A DNA stretch of 64,000 nucleotides from Nitrosospira sp. (GTDB taxonomy: Bacteria > Pseudomonadota > Gammaproteobacteria > Burkholderiales > Nitrosomonadaceae), in assembly GCA_039922995.1 (NCBI GenBank), contig JBDTDT010000045.1, forward strand, positions 16,657 through 80,656. The letters are read 5' to 3'. Shown here piece by piece: positions 1-10,454 of the stretch. The notes under the pieces are model-generated. The model saw only the letters and a list, made by a program, of their open reading frames with translations, made no database searches and was not told where the DNA came from. Position 1 is the first letter of the stretch; each line of letters starts with the position of its first letter. Position numbers and translations under genes: made by a program.

Positions 1-1
1 G

Positions 2-1369
2 TGTTCCAAAAGCGCCATCGCTTACCTGAAAAAACGCGGCTTGACAGGGGAGACTGCCGCGCGTTTCGGGATTGGCTATGCCCCGGCTGGCTGGCAGAAC
101 CTGGACGCCGCATTTCCGGATTACCTCGGCAAAACACCGACGAGTCCTCTGGTAGAGGCGGGTCTGGTGATTGAGAACGACGATGGCAGGCGCCATGATC
201 GTTTCCGCGACCGCATTATGTTTCCCATTCTTAATCTTAAAGGAATGATTGTCGGTTTTGGCGGACGAGTGCTGGAAGGGGGAGAGCCCAAGTATCTTAA
301 CTCCCCTGAAACACCCCTGTTCGAGAAAGGCCGTGAACTATACAACCTGTTCGCCGCGCGCAGGGCGATTCGCGAGGCGGGACGGGTAATCGTGGTCGAG
401 GGGTATATGGATGTCGTGGCGCTTTCGCAGCACGGCATCGAATATGCGGTAGCCGCGTTGGGGACCGCTACCACGTCTTATCATCTGCAAAAACTTTTGC
501 GCCACACAGATAATGTGGTGTTTTGTTTCGATGGGGATAATGCAGGCAGGAAAGCAGCGTGGCGCGCGCTGGAGGATAGTCTTGCACAGCTGGTGGACGG
601 CAAGAACGTCGGGTTTCTCTTCTTGTCTGAAGGTGAAGACCCCGATAGCTATGTCCGCAACTTCGGCAAGGAGGCATTCGAGGGATTGCTCAAGCAGACA
701 TTGCCTCTATCCGTTTTCTTGTTCAGGGAGCTGTCGGCTCGCGTCGACCTGACTGTCAGCGAAGGCCGCGCCAAGCTAGTGCAGGATGCAAAACCGATGC
801 TGGCACGCGTGGCGGCACCAGGGCTTGCGCTGATGCTGTTAAAGCGGCTGGCGGAGATCAGTGGCGCGACACAGAAGGAGCTGGAGGATTTACTGAAGAT
901 CAGGCGTGCTTCATCCTATTCGACTCATAAAACGGTGGAAAGAGCGCCCCGTCCACAACCTGCCTCGCCGTACCGCTGGCTGATACAAATACTGTTATAC
1001 GATCCAGGGTATATCCGGAAGCTGGATAGAGACCTGCCTGTGGAAGGTCGGGAGTATGCCGAAGAAATAGCGGCGTTGACGACACTGGTTGAATTTATCG
1101 ATATCCACCCCCATGTTGGAGAGAACACAGCAATACCTTCGGCTATTACGTATTTCCAAGATAGCCCCCATCGCACGCTTCTCCAAAAGGCGGAGAGCGA
1201 AACGCTCATGTGGGACAGCAATATAGATCTCGAAGCGGAATTTGCCGGCGCGCTGGCTCTATTGCGGGAAATAAAACGTAAACAACGCATGACAAGGCTG
1301 CATAACCAATCCTTAAATACGCTCACTCCAGAGGAGAAACAGGAGCTTCAGCGGTTGGCAATACGTTGA
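2..1369 (+). CDS. dnaG: DNA primase (5' part lies upstream of the window)
   Basis: Frame open from the window start; DRFRDRIMFPI, KYLNSPETPLF, TOPRIM VVEGYMDV and FCFDGDNAG; directly upstream of rpoD. Confidence 0.97.
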   Translation, partial: CSKSAIAYLKKRGLTGETAARFGIGYAPAGWQNLDAAFPDYLGKTPTSPLVEAGLVIENDDGRRHDRFRDRIMFPILNLKGMIVGFGGRVLEGGEPKYLNSPETPLFEKGRELYNLFAARRAIREAGRVIVVEGYMDVVALSQHGIEYAVAALGTATTSYHLQKLLRHTDNVVFCFDGDNAGRKAAWRALEDSLAQLVDGKNVGFLFLSEGEDPDSYVRNFGKEAFEGLLKQTLPLSVFLFRELSARVDLTVSEGRAKLVQDAKPMLARVAAPGLALMLLKRLAEISGATQKELEDLLKIRRASSYSTHKTVERAPRPQPASPYRWLIQILLYDPGYIRKLDRDLPVEGREYAEEIAALTTLVEFIDIHPHVGENTAIPSAITYFQDSPHRTLLQKAESETLMWDSNIDLEAEFAGALALLREIKRKQRMTRLHNQSLNTLTPEEKQELQRLAIR

Positions 1370-1469
1370 ACGAGGGCAACAAGCCAAACAGCATCGCTGA
1401 ATGTTGATATAATCGAAAAATTTTACGTCATGGTTAGCCATCAGCTGGCCAATTAATGTGGAAATCGAC

Positions 1470-3686
1470 ATGGTAAAAGTAAAAACACAAGCCAAAGTGG
1501 CGGTAAAAGCCAAATCGAAGACTGCGACCCCAGCGGCTGCTGCGGGTCGTCCCACCGACAAAGTCAGGATGCCGGGGAAAAAAGAAGCCGGCGGCAGTGC
1601 CAAGAAGTTACCCAGGGGAGCAGCGAAGACCCCATCGGGAAAAGTCGCTGCGGAGGCGTTGGAAGCTAAAATTACCGCAGCTGCAAAATCACCTGCCAAG
1701 GCAGCCGACGTGACCGAGATCGCGAAGGCGGTTATGGCAGTCAAGGAACCCGGCCTGCTTTCCGTAAAGCTGGCCAAGGTCAAGGCAGTAAAGGAAGGTA
1801 AGGCCCAGGTAAAAGATTCCGAGAAACCGCTGCTCGCGCCACAGGATATCGAGGCGCGGCGCATGCGCCTCAAGAACCTGATCGTACAGGGTAAGGAGCG
1901 CGGCTACCTGACCTATGCCGAGATAAACGACCATCTTCCCGACGATATGCTGGATGCCGAGCAGATCGAAAATATCATAAGCATGATCAATGATGTAGGG
2001 ATCTCGGTTTACGACGAAGCCCCGGACGCCGAGACACTGCTGATGTCTGAAACCGCACCGACCGTGGCCGATGAGGACGTGGTGGAAGAGGCTGAAGCGG
2101 CGCTTTCAACCGTGGATTCCGAATTTGGCCGTACGACCGATCCGGTGCGTATGTACATGCGGGAAATGGGTTCGGTAGAATTGCTTACGCGCGAAAGTGA
2201 AATCGAAATCGCAAAACGTATCGAGGACGGATTGAAGCATATGATCCAGGCAATTTCTGCCTGCCCGACCACCATTGCCGGCATCCTCGAGCTTGCGAAC
2301 AAGGTGTCGCGGGATGAGATGCGCATTGATGAGCTGGTGGATGGACTGCTGGATCCCAATGCGCAGGAAATGGTCGGCGAAGAAATCTCCGACGAATCGC
2401 TGGAGCAGGAGTTAGGTGCTGAAAATGCCGAAGATGAAGATATTGCTGCGATAGCCAGCGCAAATTTACTTAAATTGAAGAATGATGCACTGGAGCGTTT
2501 CTCGGTGATTCAGCAGGCGTATACCGAGATGCAGAAAGCGTTGGCAAAAAAGGGATCGACAAACAAGGCATATAAAGACATTCAGGAAGATATTTCGGCT
2601 GAACTCATGGCCATCCGTTTCTCGGCAAAAATGGTCGAGAGGCTTTGCGACACCCAGCGCGGCCTGGTGGATGAAATGCGGAGCTATGAGCGCAAAATCA
2701 TGGAATTGTGCGTGACCAAGGCGGGAATGCCGCGTAACCATTTCATCAAGGCATTTCCAGGTAACGAGAGCAATTTCGAATGGGTGGAGCAGGAGATCGG
2801 GGTTGGCAAACCCTACAGCCAGACGTTGGGACGCTACCAGCCGGCCATCGTTGAGCAGCAGCAGAATTTGCTGACGCTGCAAAAGCAGGTGGGCATTCCC
2901 CTCAAGGAGTTGAAGGAAATCAATCGCCGCATGTCCACCGGCGAGGCCAAGGCTCGCCGTGCAAAGCGTGAAATGACCGAAGCCAATTTACGGCTGGTAA
3001 TTTCCATCGCCAAAAAGTATACGAACCGCGGATTGCAATTCCTTGATCTTATCCAGGAAGGTAACATCGGGCTCATGAAAGCGGTGGATAAATTCGAATA
3101 TCGGCGCGGCTACAAATTTTCGACTTACGCTACCTGGTGGATTCGCCAGGCCATTACGCGTTCCATCGCGGACCAGGCGCGCACTATTCGCATCCCGGTG
3201 CACATGATCGAAACCATCAACAAGATGAACCGTATCTCGCGCCAGATTCTGCAGGAAACCGGGCAGGAACCGGAACCCGCGCTCCTGGCGCAGAAAATGG
3301 AAATGCCCGAGGAGAAAATCCGTAAAATCCTCAAGATTTCCAAGGAGCCGATCTCCATGGAAACCCCCATAGGGGATGACGAGGATTCCCATCTCGGCGA
3401 TTTCATCGAGGATTCGGCCACCATGGCGCCAGCGGATGCGGCGGTCTATGCCAGTCTGCGCGATGTCACCAAAGATATACTGGATTCCCTGACACCGCGC
3501 GAGGCGAAAGTGCTGCGTATGCGTTTCGGTATCGAAATGAATACCGACCATACGCTCGAGGAGGTAGGCAAGCAATTTGATGTGACGCGTGAGCGCATTC
3601 GGCAGATAGAAGCCAAGGCGTTACGTAAACTGCGCCATCCTTCCCGTTCCGAGCGCCTACGCAGTTTTCTGGATACTGAAGGCTGA
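1470..3686 (+). CDS. rpoD: RNA polymerase primary sigma factor RpoD with Lys/Ala-rich N-terminal extension
   Basis: [82 protein letters not shown]; start ATG 1470 or GTG 1458. Confidence 0.98.
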   Translation: MVKVKTQAKVAVKAKSKTATPAAAAGRPTDKVRMPGKKEAGGSAKKLPRGAAKTPSGKVAAEALEAKITAAAKSPAKAADVTEIAKAVMAVKEPGLLSVKLAKVKAVKEGKAQVKDSEKPLLAPQDIEARRMRLKNLIVQGKERGYLTYAEINDHLPDDMLDAEQIENIISMINDVGISVYDEAPDAETLLMSETAPTVADEDVVEEAEAALSTVDSEFGRTTDPVRMYMREMGSVELLTRESEIEIAKRIEDGLKHMIQAISACPTTIAGILELANKVSRDEMRIDELVDGLLDPNAQEMVGEEISDESLEQELGAENAEDEDIAAIASANLLKLKNDALERFSVIQQAYTEMQKALAKKGSTNKAYKDIQEDISAELMAIRFSAKMVERLCDTQRGLVDEMRSYERKIMELCVTKAGMPRNHFIKAFPGNESNFEWVEQEIGVGKPYSQTLGRYQPAIVEQQQNLLTLQKQVGIPLKELKEINRRMSTGEAKARRAKREMTEANLRLVISIAKKYTNRGLQFLDLIQEGNIGLMKAVDKFEYRRGYKFSTYATWWIRQAITRSIADQARTIRIPVHMIETINKMNRISRQILQETGQEPEPALLAQKMEMPEEKIRKILKISKEPISMETPIGDDEDSHLGDFIEDSATMAPADAAVYASLRDVTKDILDSLTPREAKVLRMRFGIEMNTDHTLEEVGKQFDVTRERIRQIEAKALRKLRHPSRSERLRSFLDTEG

Positions 3687-3723
3687 CCGGTTTTCGGTAT
3701 GATTCCTGTTTTGGTTTTTGAAT

Positions 3724-3800
<77 letters not shown>

Positions 3801-3809
3801 ATAAATCAT

Positions 3810-3844
3810 AGGCTCACGGATAACAACCGTGAGCCTTTACTTTT
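3810..3844 (+). terminator. Probable rho-independent terminator after the tRNA
   Basis: 10-bp inverted repeat AGGCTCACGG (3810-3819)/CCGTGAGCCT (3828-3837) followed by TTACTTTT. Confidence 0.7.
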
Positions 3845-4229
3845 AACGGGACACTCTAGGGGCATTTGTTAGCAAGCATGCGTTCTTCCAATGCGTGATG
3901 GCTTGCGCGTCGTTAGTCAGATATCTGATCCGTTGCGTAGGCTTCCGTGCACAATACGAAGTCTCCACTTGGCGTATCGGGATATGGCGCTTCACTCTAT
4001 ATGCGACTTAATAGGGGACTTGCTCGCATACCCTGAAGTGCAACGGTGTCGGGGACTTATTTTGCGTGAGGGCTTTGGGTGTACTATCCAATCTATGGAT
4101 GAGCTATGATGGACTCGAAACATTATTAGAAGCGTTTACAGGGTTTGTTATAAATTGATATTTTGAATTCTAAGGCAAATTTCTTTTGGATTATCCACGA
4201 TTATTATGATTAAAAGTTGAGTTAACAAT

Positions 4230-5729
4230 ATGTCCAAGCCACTGTTTGATAAGATAGATTTCTGAAATGAAGCCGGCGATGACGTCGATCCCGCTGAACT
4301 AACCACATATTTCGTGGAGCAAGATATTTTCCGTAATATGCTTGATCACAAAAATAGACTTACGATTGCTGTTGCAAAAAAAGGAATCGGTAAGTCTGCA
4401 TTGATACAGTGGTTGTCATATCAGATCTCGCAAACTCAATCTGAGGCGCTCATTGTTAAATGCCGAGGCTCGGATATCACTAGGGCTCAGTTCAATCTCA
4501 AATCGAAGCTTGAATCTCCGAACGACCATATTCGCGATTGGATGATCCGACTCTGTGCAATAGCGAATAGGCGGATCGCTTCCGAGATAGGCTTTGCACT
4601 CACGGACGATGCAATGACGATAGTTGAGACAGCGGAATTAGAGGGATTTAAACAAAAAAATCTCATAGGCGCTCTCACTACGCGTTTTACACGCTTATTG
4701 GGGAAACTCGCCCCCCAATCAAGTAAGGCCGGAAATGAAGTAGAGCTTTTAAAGCGAGCAGAAAATCGTAACCTTTGGATATTGATAGATGATTTGGATG
4801 CTACGTTTCAAAATACCCCAGAGGAATGCTTAACAATTAGCACCTTTTTCTCTGCTTGCCGCTACCTTACACAAGATGTCAAAGGGGTGGCGATTAGGGT
4901 AACTATGCGTGCAAATGTTTGGTCAGTCATTCGTAGATATGACGAATCGCTAGATAAACTCGAACAGTATGTTCATGAAATCAAATGGGAAGAATCGGAT
5001 TTCAGAAGGCTCTTATATCGCCGCATAAAAAGCCAGTTAGATGATTTAGGCGCACCTTATCCCGCTATTAATGGACGTTCCTCTGAGGAGGAAAGAGAAC
5101 AGCAGTTCATCCAGTTAATTTTTGTTCCACGCGCCGAATGGGCGGGAATAAATGTTCAGATTTATCGTCTTATTTATACTTTGTCTTACCATAGGCCGCG
5201 CTGGGCAATTCAGCTTTGCAAACTCATGCAAAAAGAGGCGCGCGCCACGAGAGATACTCTCCTTACAAAAGGGCATGTCGACGCGGTATGGGGGGAATAT
5301 GGACTTAAACGGATCGCCGATTTAGTTGCAGAACACAAGCATCAATGTAAGCAGATCGAAGAACTTATTAATGCGTTCCGCGGAGCGAAGCATCTAATGT
5401 CGCGCGATCAGCTAGTAGTTTGGGTTAAACACCATATAACAAATCATCTCACACCCTTCATAAATGGGGTAGCGGCTAATTCTCCGTTGGACGTAGCGCA
5501 TATGTTATATGAGATTGGCTTCATAGTCGCACGCAGTGAGGATATCGAAAGTTACGAGCACTATTCGTTTGAACTTATGCCGGATTTTCTTTCCTCACGT
5601 ACAAACGACGACTTCGGTATGTCATGGGAAATTCACCCTTGTTATCGTGAGGCGTTAGATATCGTTAAACTGAATAACGCAAAGCGGGAAAGGATGAGAC
5701 GGGCTCGAAAAAATGCTAAAGGGCAATGA
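4230..5729 (+). pseudogene. P-loop ATPase, Sll1717-like family; in-frame TGA at codon 12 (471-aa ORF remains from GTG 4314)
   Basis: ATG 4230 reads MSKPLFDKIDF*NEAGDDVDPAELTTYFVEQ in frame with the long ORF; Walker A-like AKKGIGKS, Walker B LWILIDDLD, RPR motif, C-terminal EIHPCYREAL; AT-rich. Confidence 0.7.
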
Positions 5730-6289
5730 GTGATTGAAACACCTGTCCCGTCAAGTAACTATTGTGCGCGCTCATTGATTCGTTAAGGCTGCTTCTAGGC
5801 TACCCCCGATTAAGAGTAGTTTACTTATATATATCAGCGGGATGTTTTTACCGACTTAGGTCGCGTCTTTCGAGCCTCGCTCATGGCCCCGTCCGCCCTA
5901 CCTTAAATCATACTTCGTCCCAAGTTTGATGTTCACCGTAGCAAGCAAGGTAACTGATGGCATCGCAAATCCTATATATCCGATATCTGCGTCGCAGCAT
6001 CAAAGCATCAAAGAAGGACTTATTGCCTCGTGCGCGCAGTGACATTCAACGGCTCAGACATGCACACAATCTCACTGCAAATTGTTCCCTAGCCATATCT
6101 GATACCGCTCCACGATACCAATAGCGCTCAGAATCTCCGTCAAACGGGTGCTGTTACGAAAGCCAAAAGCTCCTTCGTGCGGATGATTCTGCCCCGTAGA
6201 TGACCTATTTGCGTATTTATAATATATAACAGGATAAATAATAACGTTATTTTCCATAGAAGCAGGGGATTCTATATTCCCTGCTGATG

Positions 6290-6595
6290 CTAGACGTGTT
6301 GACCTGCAGCTTCCCTAAGAACTTCGGGTCTGCGTTCGGCGATAGCGAGTAGAGTCTTGGCTGCGCCGCTGGGCTGGCGTCGCCCTTGTTCCCAATCTTG
6401 CAGGGTTCGCACAGACACGCCAAGCAGCTTGGCAAACTTAATTTGCGACAGCCCGGATTTTTTTCGTGCGGATATGACGGGCGACATGACAATACGACCT
6501 TTTCTGGCTGCCATCTGGCGCACCGACTCCAGCAACTCAGCGCCGAGGTCGCGCTGTGCGTCACGTTTTTGCAGTTCTGTTTCGGTCATGGGCAT
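6290..6595 (-). CDS. HigA-type XRE helix-turn-helix antitoxin
   Basis: RDLGAELLESVRQM N-terminus and ARKKSGLSQIKFAKLLGVSVRTLQDWEQGRRQPSGAAKTLL; overlaps the toxin 3' end. Confidence 0.88.
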   Translation of the reverse strand: MPMTETELQKRDAQRDLGAELLESVRQMAARKGRIVMSPVISARKKSGLSQIKFAKLLGVSVRTLQDWEQGRRQPSGAAKTLLAIAERRPEVLREAAGQHV

Positions 6596-6899
6596 GTTAT
6601 CTCCTCCTTGATTGCTTTTAATATAGGTGCAGGAATATTCTCGTGCTCGTTTTTTGCATAAATCAAAAGTAGCCAGACTGTTTCATCCTCAAGCATGTTG
6701 TAATAGATCACACGCACACTACCGCTTTTACCGATTCCTTTACGTGCCCTACGTATTTTGCGACAACTGCCAGAGCCGCGCATGACGTCACCGGCGTTAT
6801 AGTGTTCTGCAATCCAGACGGAAATGCTTCACGCTCGTCTTCTATCAAATAGTCTCTGGCATAGCGGCTGAAGACTTCAGTTTCTGTAACGATGAGCAT
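6586..6899 (-). pseudogene. RelE/HigB-2-like toxin, frameshifted
   Basis: MLIVTETEVFSRYARDYLIEDEREAF, then a 1-nt deletion near 6820-6824; shifted frame gives VWIAEHYNAGDVMRGSGSCRKIR...GKSGSVRVIYY...LLLIYAKNE. Confidence 0.85.
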
Positions 6900-6905
6900 A
6901 GGTAT

Positions 6906-6933
6906 ATCATACGGCACTGCCGTACCATGTCAA
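6906..6933 (-). promoter_or_regulatory. sigma70 promoter of the TA operon with a palindromic operator in the spacer
   Basis: Minus strand TTGACA (6933-6928), 16 nt, TATGAT (6911-6906), 6 nt, ATG; palindrome TACGGCA-C-TGCCGTA at 6910-6924. Confidence 0.75.
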
Positions 6934-7387
6934 GTTAAGCAGTAGAGGTTTTGGGGTAACTAGGCGTTTCGAGCAGCTGGATTGATATCGGTGCATTTGA
7001 GAAAATGGTCAGTAATTTTCTGCATTGGTTCTCTAAATTGCTCTACGTTGTCAACAGCGATTTAAAATTGATACGGTTTTTTATCAAGAGTGAGTGTCAG
7101 GGAATCGATTTGACGAGCCCTTCGAGCGGATTAGCCAATTCACGTATATTCATAAGTCGGGCAAGTTATGCTTGTGATGCGTGCTCAATTCGATTATCTT
7201 GAAGATTGCGTTGCTGCGTGGAATATTGCCTGGGTTGATACTGAAACGTATCCAATTTGAATTGCCGGAAAACCGGGTTCAATAGTCGGTGTCGGCGGTA
7301 AACGCTAGGCTTTAGTCTATTCTTTATTGATCCTATCAAGACTGGATGTCGGATTCGACTTGCCAGTCGTAACTTGCGATAGCCATT

Positions 7388-9010
7388 ATGGAGTCACCGC
7401 AAGCTTCAGGCGAGGAGCATGCCACCGTGGCTTCGCCGCCCACAATATCTACGGACAAACAGGCGCCGCCGGTATCGATGGACGATACGCTGCCGGTTGG
7501 TGCCGTGCTCGGCGATTTCGAGGTTGCCGGGCTGATCGGCGAAGATGGCTTCGTTACCGTTTACTACGTTTACGACCGCGCGCTGCAGCGTGAAGTCTTT
7601 CTCAAGGAGTACCTGCCTTCAGGGCTTGCGGTACGAAGAGATGGTGCATTGGTTGTGAAGTCGGCACAGCAGGCCGACGCTTTCCAGGCAGGCTTACACG
7701 GCTTTCTCGATGAAGCAAGGCTGCTGGCGCGGCTTGATCATCCCTCTCTCCTCAAGGTTCACTGTTTCTGGGAGACCAACGGTACCGCGTACATGGTTAC
7801 CCCATGTTACGAGGGGTTTACGCTCGCAGAAACCCTGCGTCAACGCGGGGGCGACCGCCCAAACGAGCGTTGGCTCAAGCACTTGCTCGGACATCTTCTT
7901 GACGCGTTGGCAGTGATGCACAAGGAGAACTGTTTTCACCGCAGTATCACGCCCGATAATATCCTTATTCTTCATGATCGCAGGCCGCTGCTTCTCGAGT
8001 CCGGCGCTGCGTGCCGGGCTATCGGCGATGTGACACAAAATCCGGCAATCATATTGGAGCCAGGTTACGCCGCGATTGAGGAATACCCGGGGCTAACCCC
8101 GATAAAACCGGGAGCATGGACCGATATCTATGCCTTGGCTGCGATGGTGTATTTTGCGGTAATGGGGAAGGCCCCCACCCCGGCCGTGGCGCGTATGACG
8201 TCCGATCCACTGGTGCGGCTTGAAGAAGCCGCGTCGGGGCGTTTTTATGGGCCTGCATTCCTGCAGGGCATTGATAAGGCGCTGCTGGTAAAGCCTGAGG
8301 AGCGTCCGCAGTGTGTCTCCGAATTTCGTAGTCTTTTAGACCTGGCGGAAACCACTCCGGAAATCAGTCCTCCATCAGCCGTGGATACCCAAGCCGTTGA
8401 CGTGCCCAATTCGTCCAATACACCCAATCCCCCCAGGCGTCATTCATTCAAGGGTCATCCATATGAATCAGAGGATGCCAGTCTTGTTGCGCTCTATGGC
8501 ATCGGTACTCTTGTTTTTCTCGCGCTCCTGGTCGGGGGATGGTTCATAGTAGAGTCGGGACAAGTGGCGCCCGCGCTCACCATGGCATCTCTGGAGAAAA
8601 CTCAAACATCCTCTGGAATTTCTGTTCCTGCATCGATAGCTCCCGAGGTTCAGAAGCCTGCTGACACCTCTGCTGCCAAGGATGCCTTAATTGACGATTC
8701 GAAGGAAAAGGCAGCAAGCCGGCGCGTTACCGTAGTAAAACCCCAGGCCGGCAAAAAACAAAAATCTCGCCAGCGTAGTCCGGTTAGGTCTGGAACGACG
8801 AATCTTGCCAAGAATAGCGCCCTCAAGAAAGACGAAGCGAAGACAATGAAACCCATGCCCGACATCAATGGGCTTTGGACCGGATATGACAATAACAGCA
8901 AGCCCAAGCCCAAGTCTGGGAACAGCAATAGTTCACGAGTCAAACCAGGCAATAATAAGAGCCGCCGTGCCGAGACCAAGCTCCAGCATATGAAACCGAT
9001 GGGCGAATAA
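7388..9010 (+). CDS. Membrane-anchored Ser/Thr protein kinase-fold protein (probable pseudokinase)
   Basis: Hanks subdomains recognisable (VFLKEY, FLDEARLLARLDHP, TAYMV, PDNILI, TDIYALAA) but HRD is HRS and DFG is ESG; one TM helix; Lys-rich C-terminal tail. Confidence 0.8.
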   Translation: MESPQASGEEHATVASPPTISTDKQAPPVSMDDTLPVGAVLGDFEVAGLIGEDGFVTVYYVYDRALQREVFLKEYLPSGLAVRRDGALVVKSAQQADAFQAGLHGFLDEARLLARLDHPSLLKVHCFWETNGTAYMVTPCYEGFTLAETLRQRGGDRPNERWLKHLLGHLLDALAVMHKENCFHRSITPDNILILHDRRPLLLESGAACRAIGDVTQNPAIILEPGYAAIEEYPGLTPIKPGAWTDIYALAAMVYFAVMGKAPTPAVARMTSDPLVRLEEAASGRFYGPAFLQGIDKALLVKPEERPQCVSEFRSLLDLAETTPEISPPSAVDTQAVDVPNSSNTPNPPRRHSFKGHPYESEDASLVALYGIGTLVFLALLVGGWFIVESGQVAPALTMASLEKTQTSSGISVPASIAPEVQKPADTSAAKDALIDDSKEKAASRRVTVVKPQAGKKQKSRQRSPVRSGTTNLAKNSALKKDEAKTMKPMPDINGLWTGYDNNSKPKPKSGNSNSSRVKPGNNKSRRAETKLQHMKPMGE

Positions 9011-9265
9011 ATCCGGATATGTGGAACTGAACAGGGTTCCAGCTTCGCGATAGGGCAAACAGGCTGCGATCTTCAATTCGGATCAACGTTCGACCATTTC
9101 ATGTGATATGTCTTCCGATAAAACGGTGGCCCGGGTTGGCTTCCTGTACTGGAAACGCAAGATCTCCGGCATTCGCTAACATAGGGTTGGACTTGACAAT
9201 TCTTCCGCATACAACGCCAGCAAGGTTATTACGATATACTTCATTTTCGGGTCGCTGGAGAGAAC

Positions 9266-10453
9266 ATGAAAATCCACGAGTACCAGGCTAAAAAGATTTT
9301 GCGCGAGTTTGGCATCATTACGCCGCGAGGGATCGCCTGTTTCAGCGCAGAAGAAGCGGTGGAGGCTGCGAGGAATCTGGAGGGCAGCGTATGGATGGTT
9401 AAAGCGCAGATTCACGCCGGTGGACGGGGCAAGGGCGGCGGAGTGCAGGTGGCGAGGTCACTTGACGAAGTGAAACAATTCGCCGGGAAAATACTGGGCA
9501 TGACACTTGTTACGCATCAGACGGGCTCGGAGGGCCAAGTTGTCCGGCGGCTTCTTGTTGAGCAAGGTGCCGAGATCAGAAAGGAATTTTACGTTGGCAT
9601 TGTGGTTGATAGAAGCAGTCGGCGCGCCTGCCTTATTGCAAGTTCAGAAGGCGGGATGGATATCGAGGAGGTCGCGGCCAGGACACCGGAAAAGATTCAG
9701 AAGCTATTCATCGACCCCTTGATCGGATTAACCGGCCATGATGCTGATAGCCTTGCCAGCGGAATCGGTATCACCGGTTCCGCCGTTGCGGAAGCCCGGA
9801 CCTTGTTGCAGGGCTTGTACCAGGCCTTTGACAGTACCGATGCCTCGCTGGTGGAAATCAATCCTCTGATACTTGCTGCAGACGATCATATCGTCGCGCT
9901 CGACGCGAAAATGAATTTTGACGACAACGCGCTGTTTCGCCATCCCGAGATAGCCGCGTTGCGTGATCTTGACGAGGAGGACCCGGCGGAAATCGAGGCA
10001 TCCAGATATGATCTTTCCTACATCTCGCTGGACGGCAATATCGGCTGCCTGGTCAATGGAGCGGGCCTGGCGATGGCGACTATGGATATTATCAAGCTCT
10101 ATGGCGGAAATCCCGCCAACTTCCTTGATGTGGGCGGTGGTGCTACCGCTGAAAAGGTAGCGGAAGCATTTAAGCTGATGCTGCGCAACCCAAAACTGCA
10201 AGCCATATTGATAAACATATTTGGCGGCATCATGAGGTGCGATGTGATTGCCGAGGGTGTGGTGGCAGCCGCGCGCGAGGTGAAGCTAAGCGTGCCGCTG
10301 GTAGTGCGCCTGGAAGGCACTCATGCGGATCTGGGTAAAAAGATCCTGGCCGACTCCACGCTGCCCATTATTCTGGCGGGCAATATGGCGGATGCCGCGG
10401 AGAAAGCCGTGAGGGCAGCCGAATCGCTATCGGCATCTGCGGCAGGAGCGTAG
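9266..10453 (+). CDS. sucC: Succinyl-CoA synthetase beta subunit
   Basis: [44 protein letters not shown]. Confidence 0.97.
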   Translation: MKIHEYQAKKILREFGIITPRGIACFSAEEAVEAARNLEGSVWMVKAQIHAGGRGKGGGVQVARSLDEVKQFAGKILGMTLVTHQTGSEGQVVRRLLVEQGAEIRKEFYVGIVVDRSSRRACLIASSEGGMDIEEVAARTPEKIQKLFIDPLIGLTGHDADSLASGIGITGSAVAEARTLLQGLYQAFDSTDASLVEINPLILAADDHIVALDAKMNFDDNALFRHPEIAALRDLDEEDPAEIEASRYDLSYISLDGNIGCLVNGAGLAMATMDIIKLYGGNPANFLDVGGGATAEKVAEAFKLMLRNPKLQAILINIFGGIMRCDVIAEGVVAAAREVKLSVPLVVRLEGTHADLGKKILADSTLPIILAGNMADAAEKAVRAAESLSASAAGA

Positions 10454-10454
10454 C

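Noticed and set aside
3891-4109. 72-aa ORF right after the tRNA, considered as an integrase remnant
   Set aside because: No tyrosine recombinase motif recognised
5997-6013. Tandem GCATCAAA repeat
   Set aside because: Only two units in non-coding AT-rich DNA; no array structure
7068-7087. TTGATA-N8-TATCAA inverted repeat resembling an FNR site
   Set aside because: Spacing is TTGAT-N10-ATCAA, not N4
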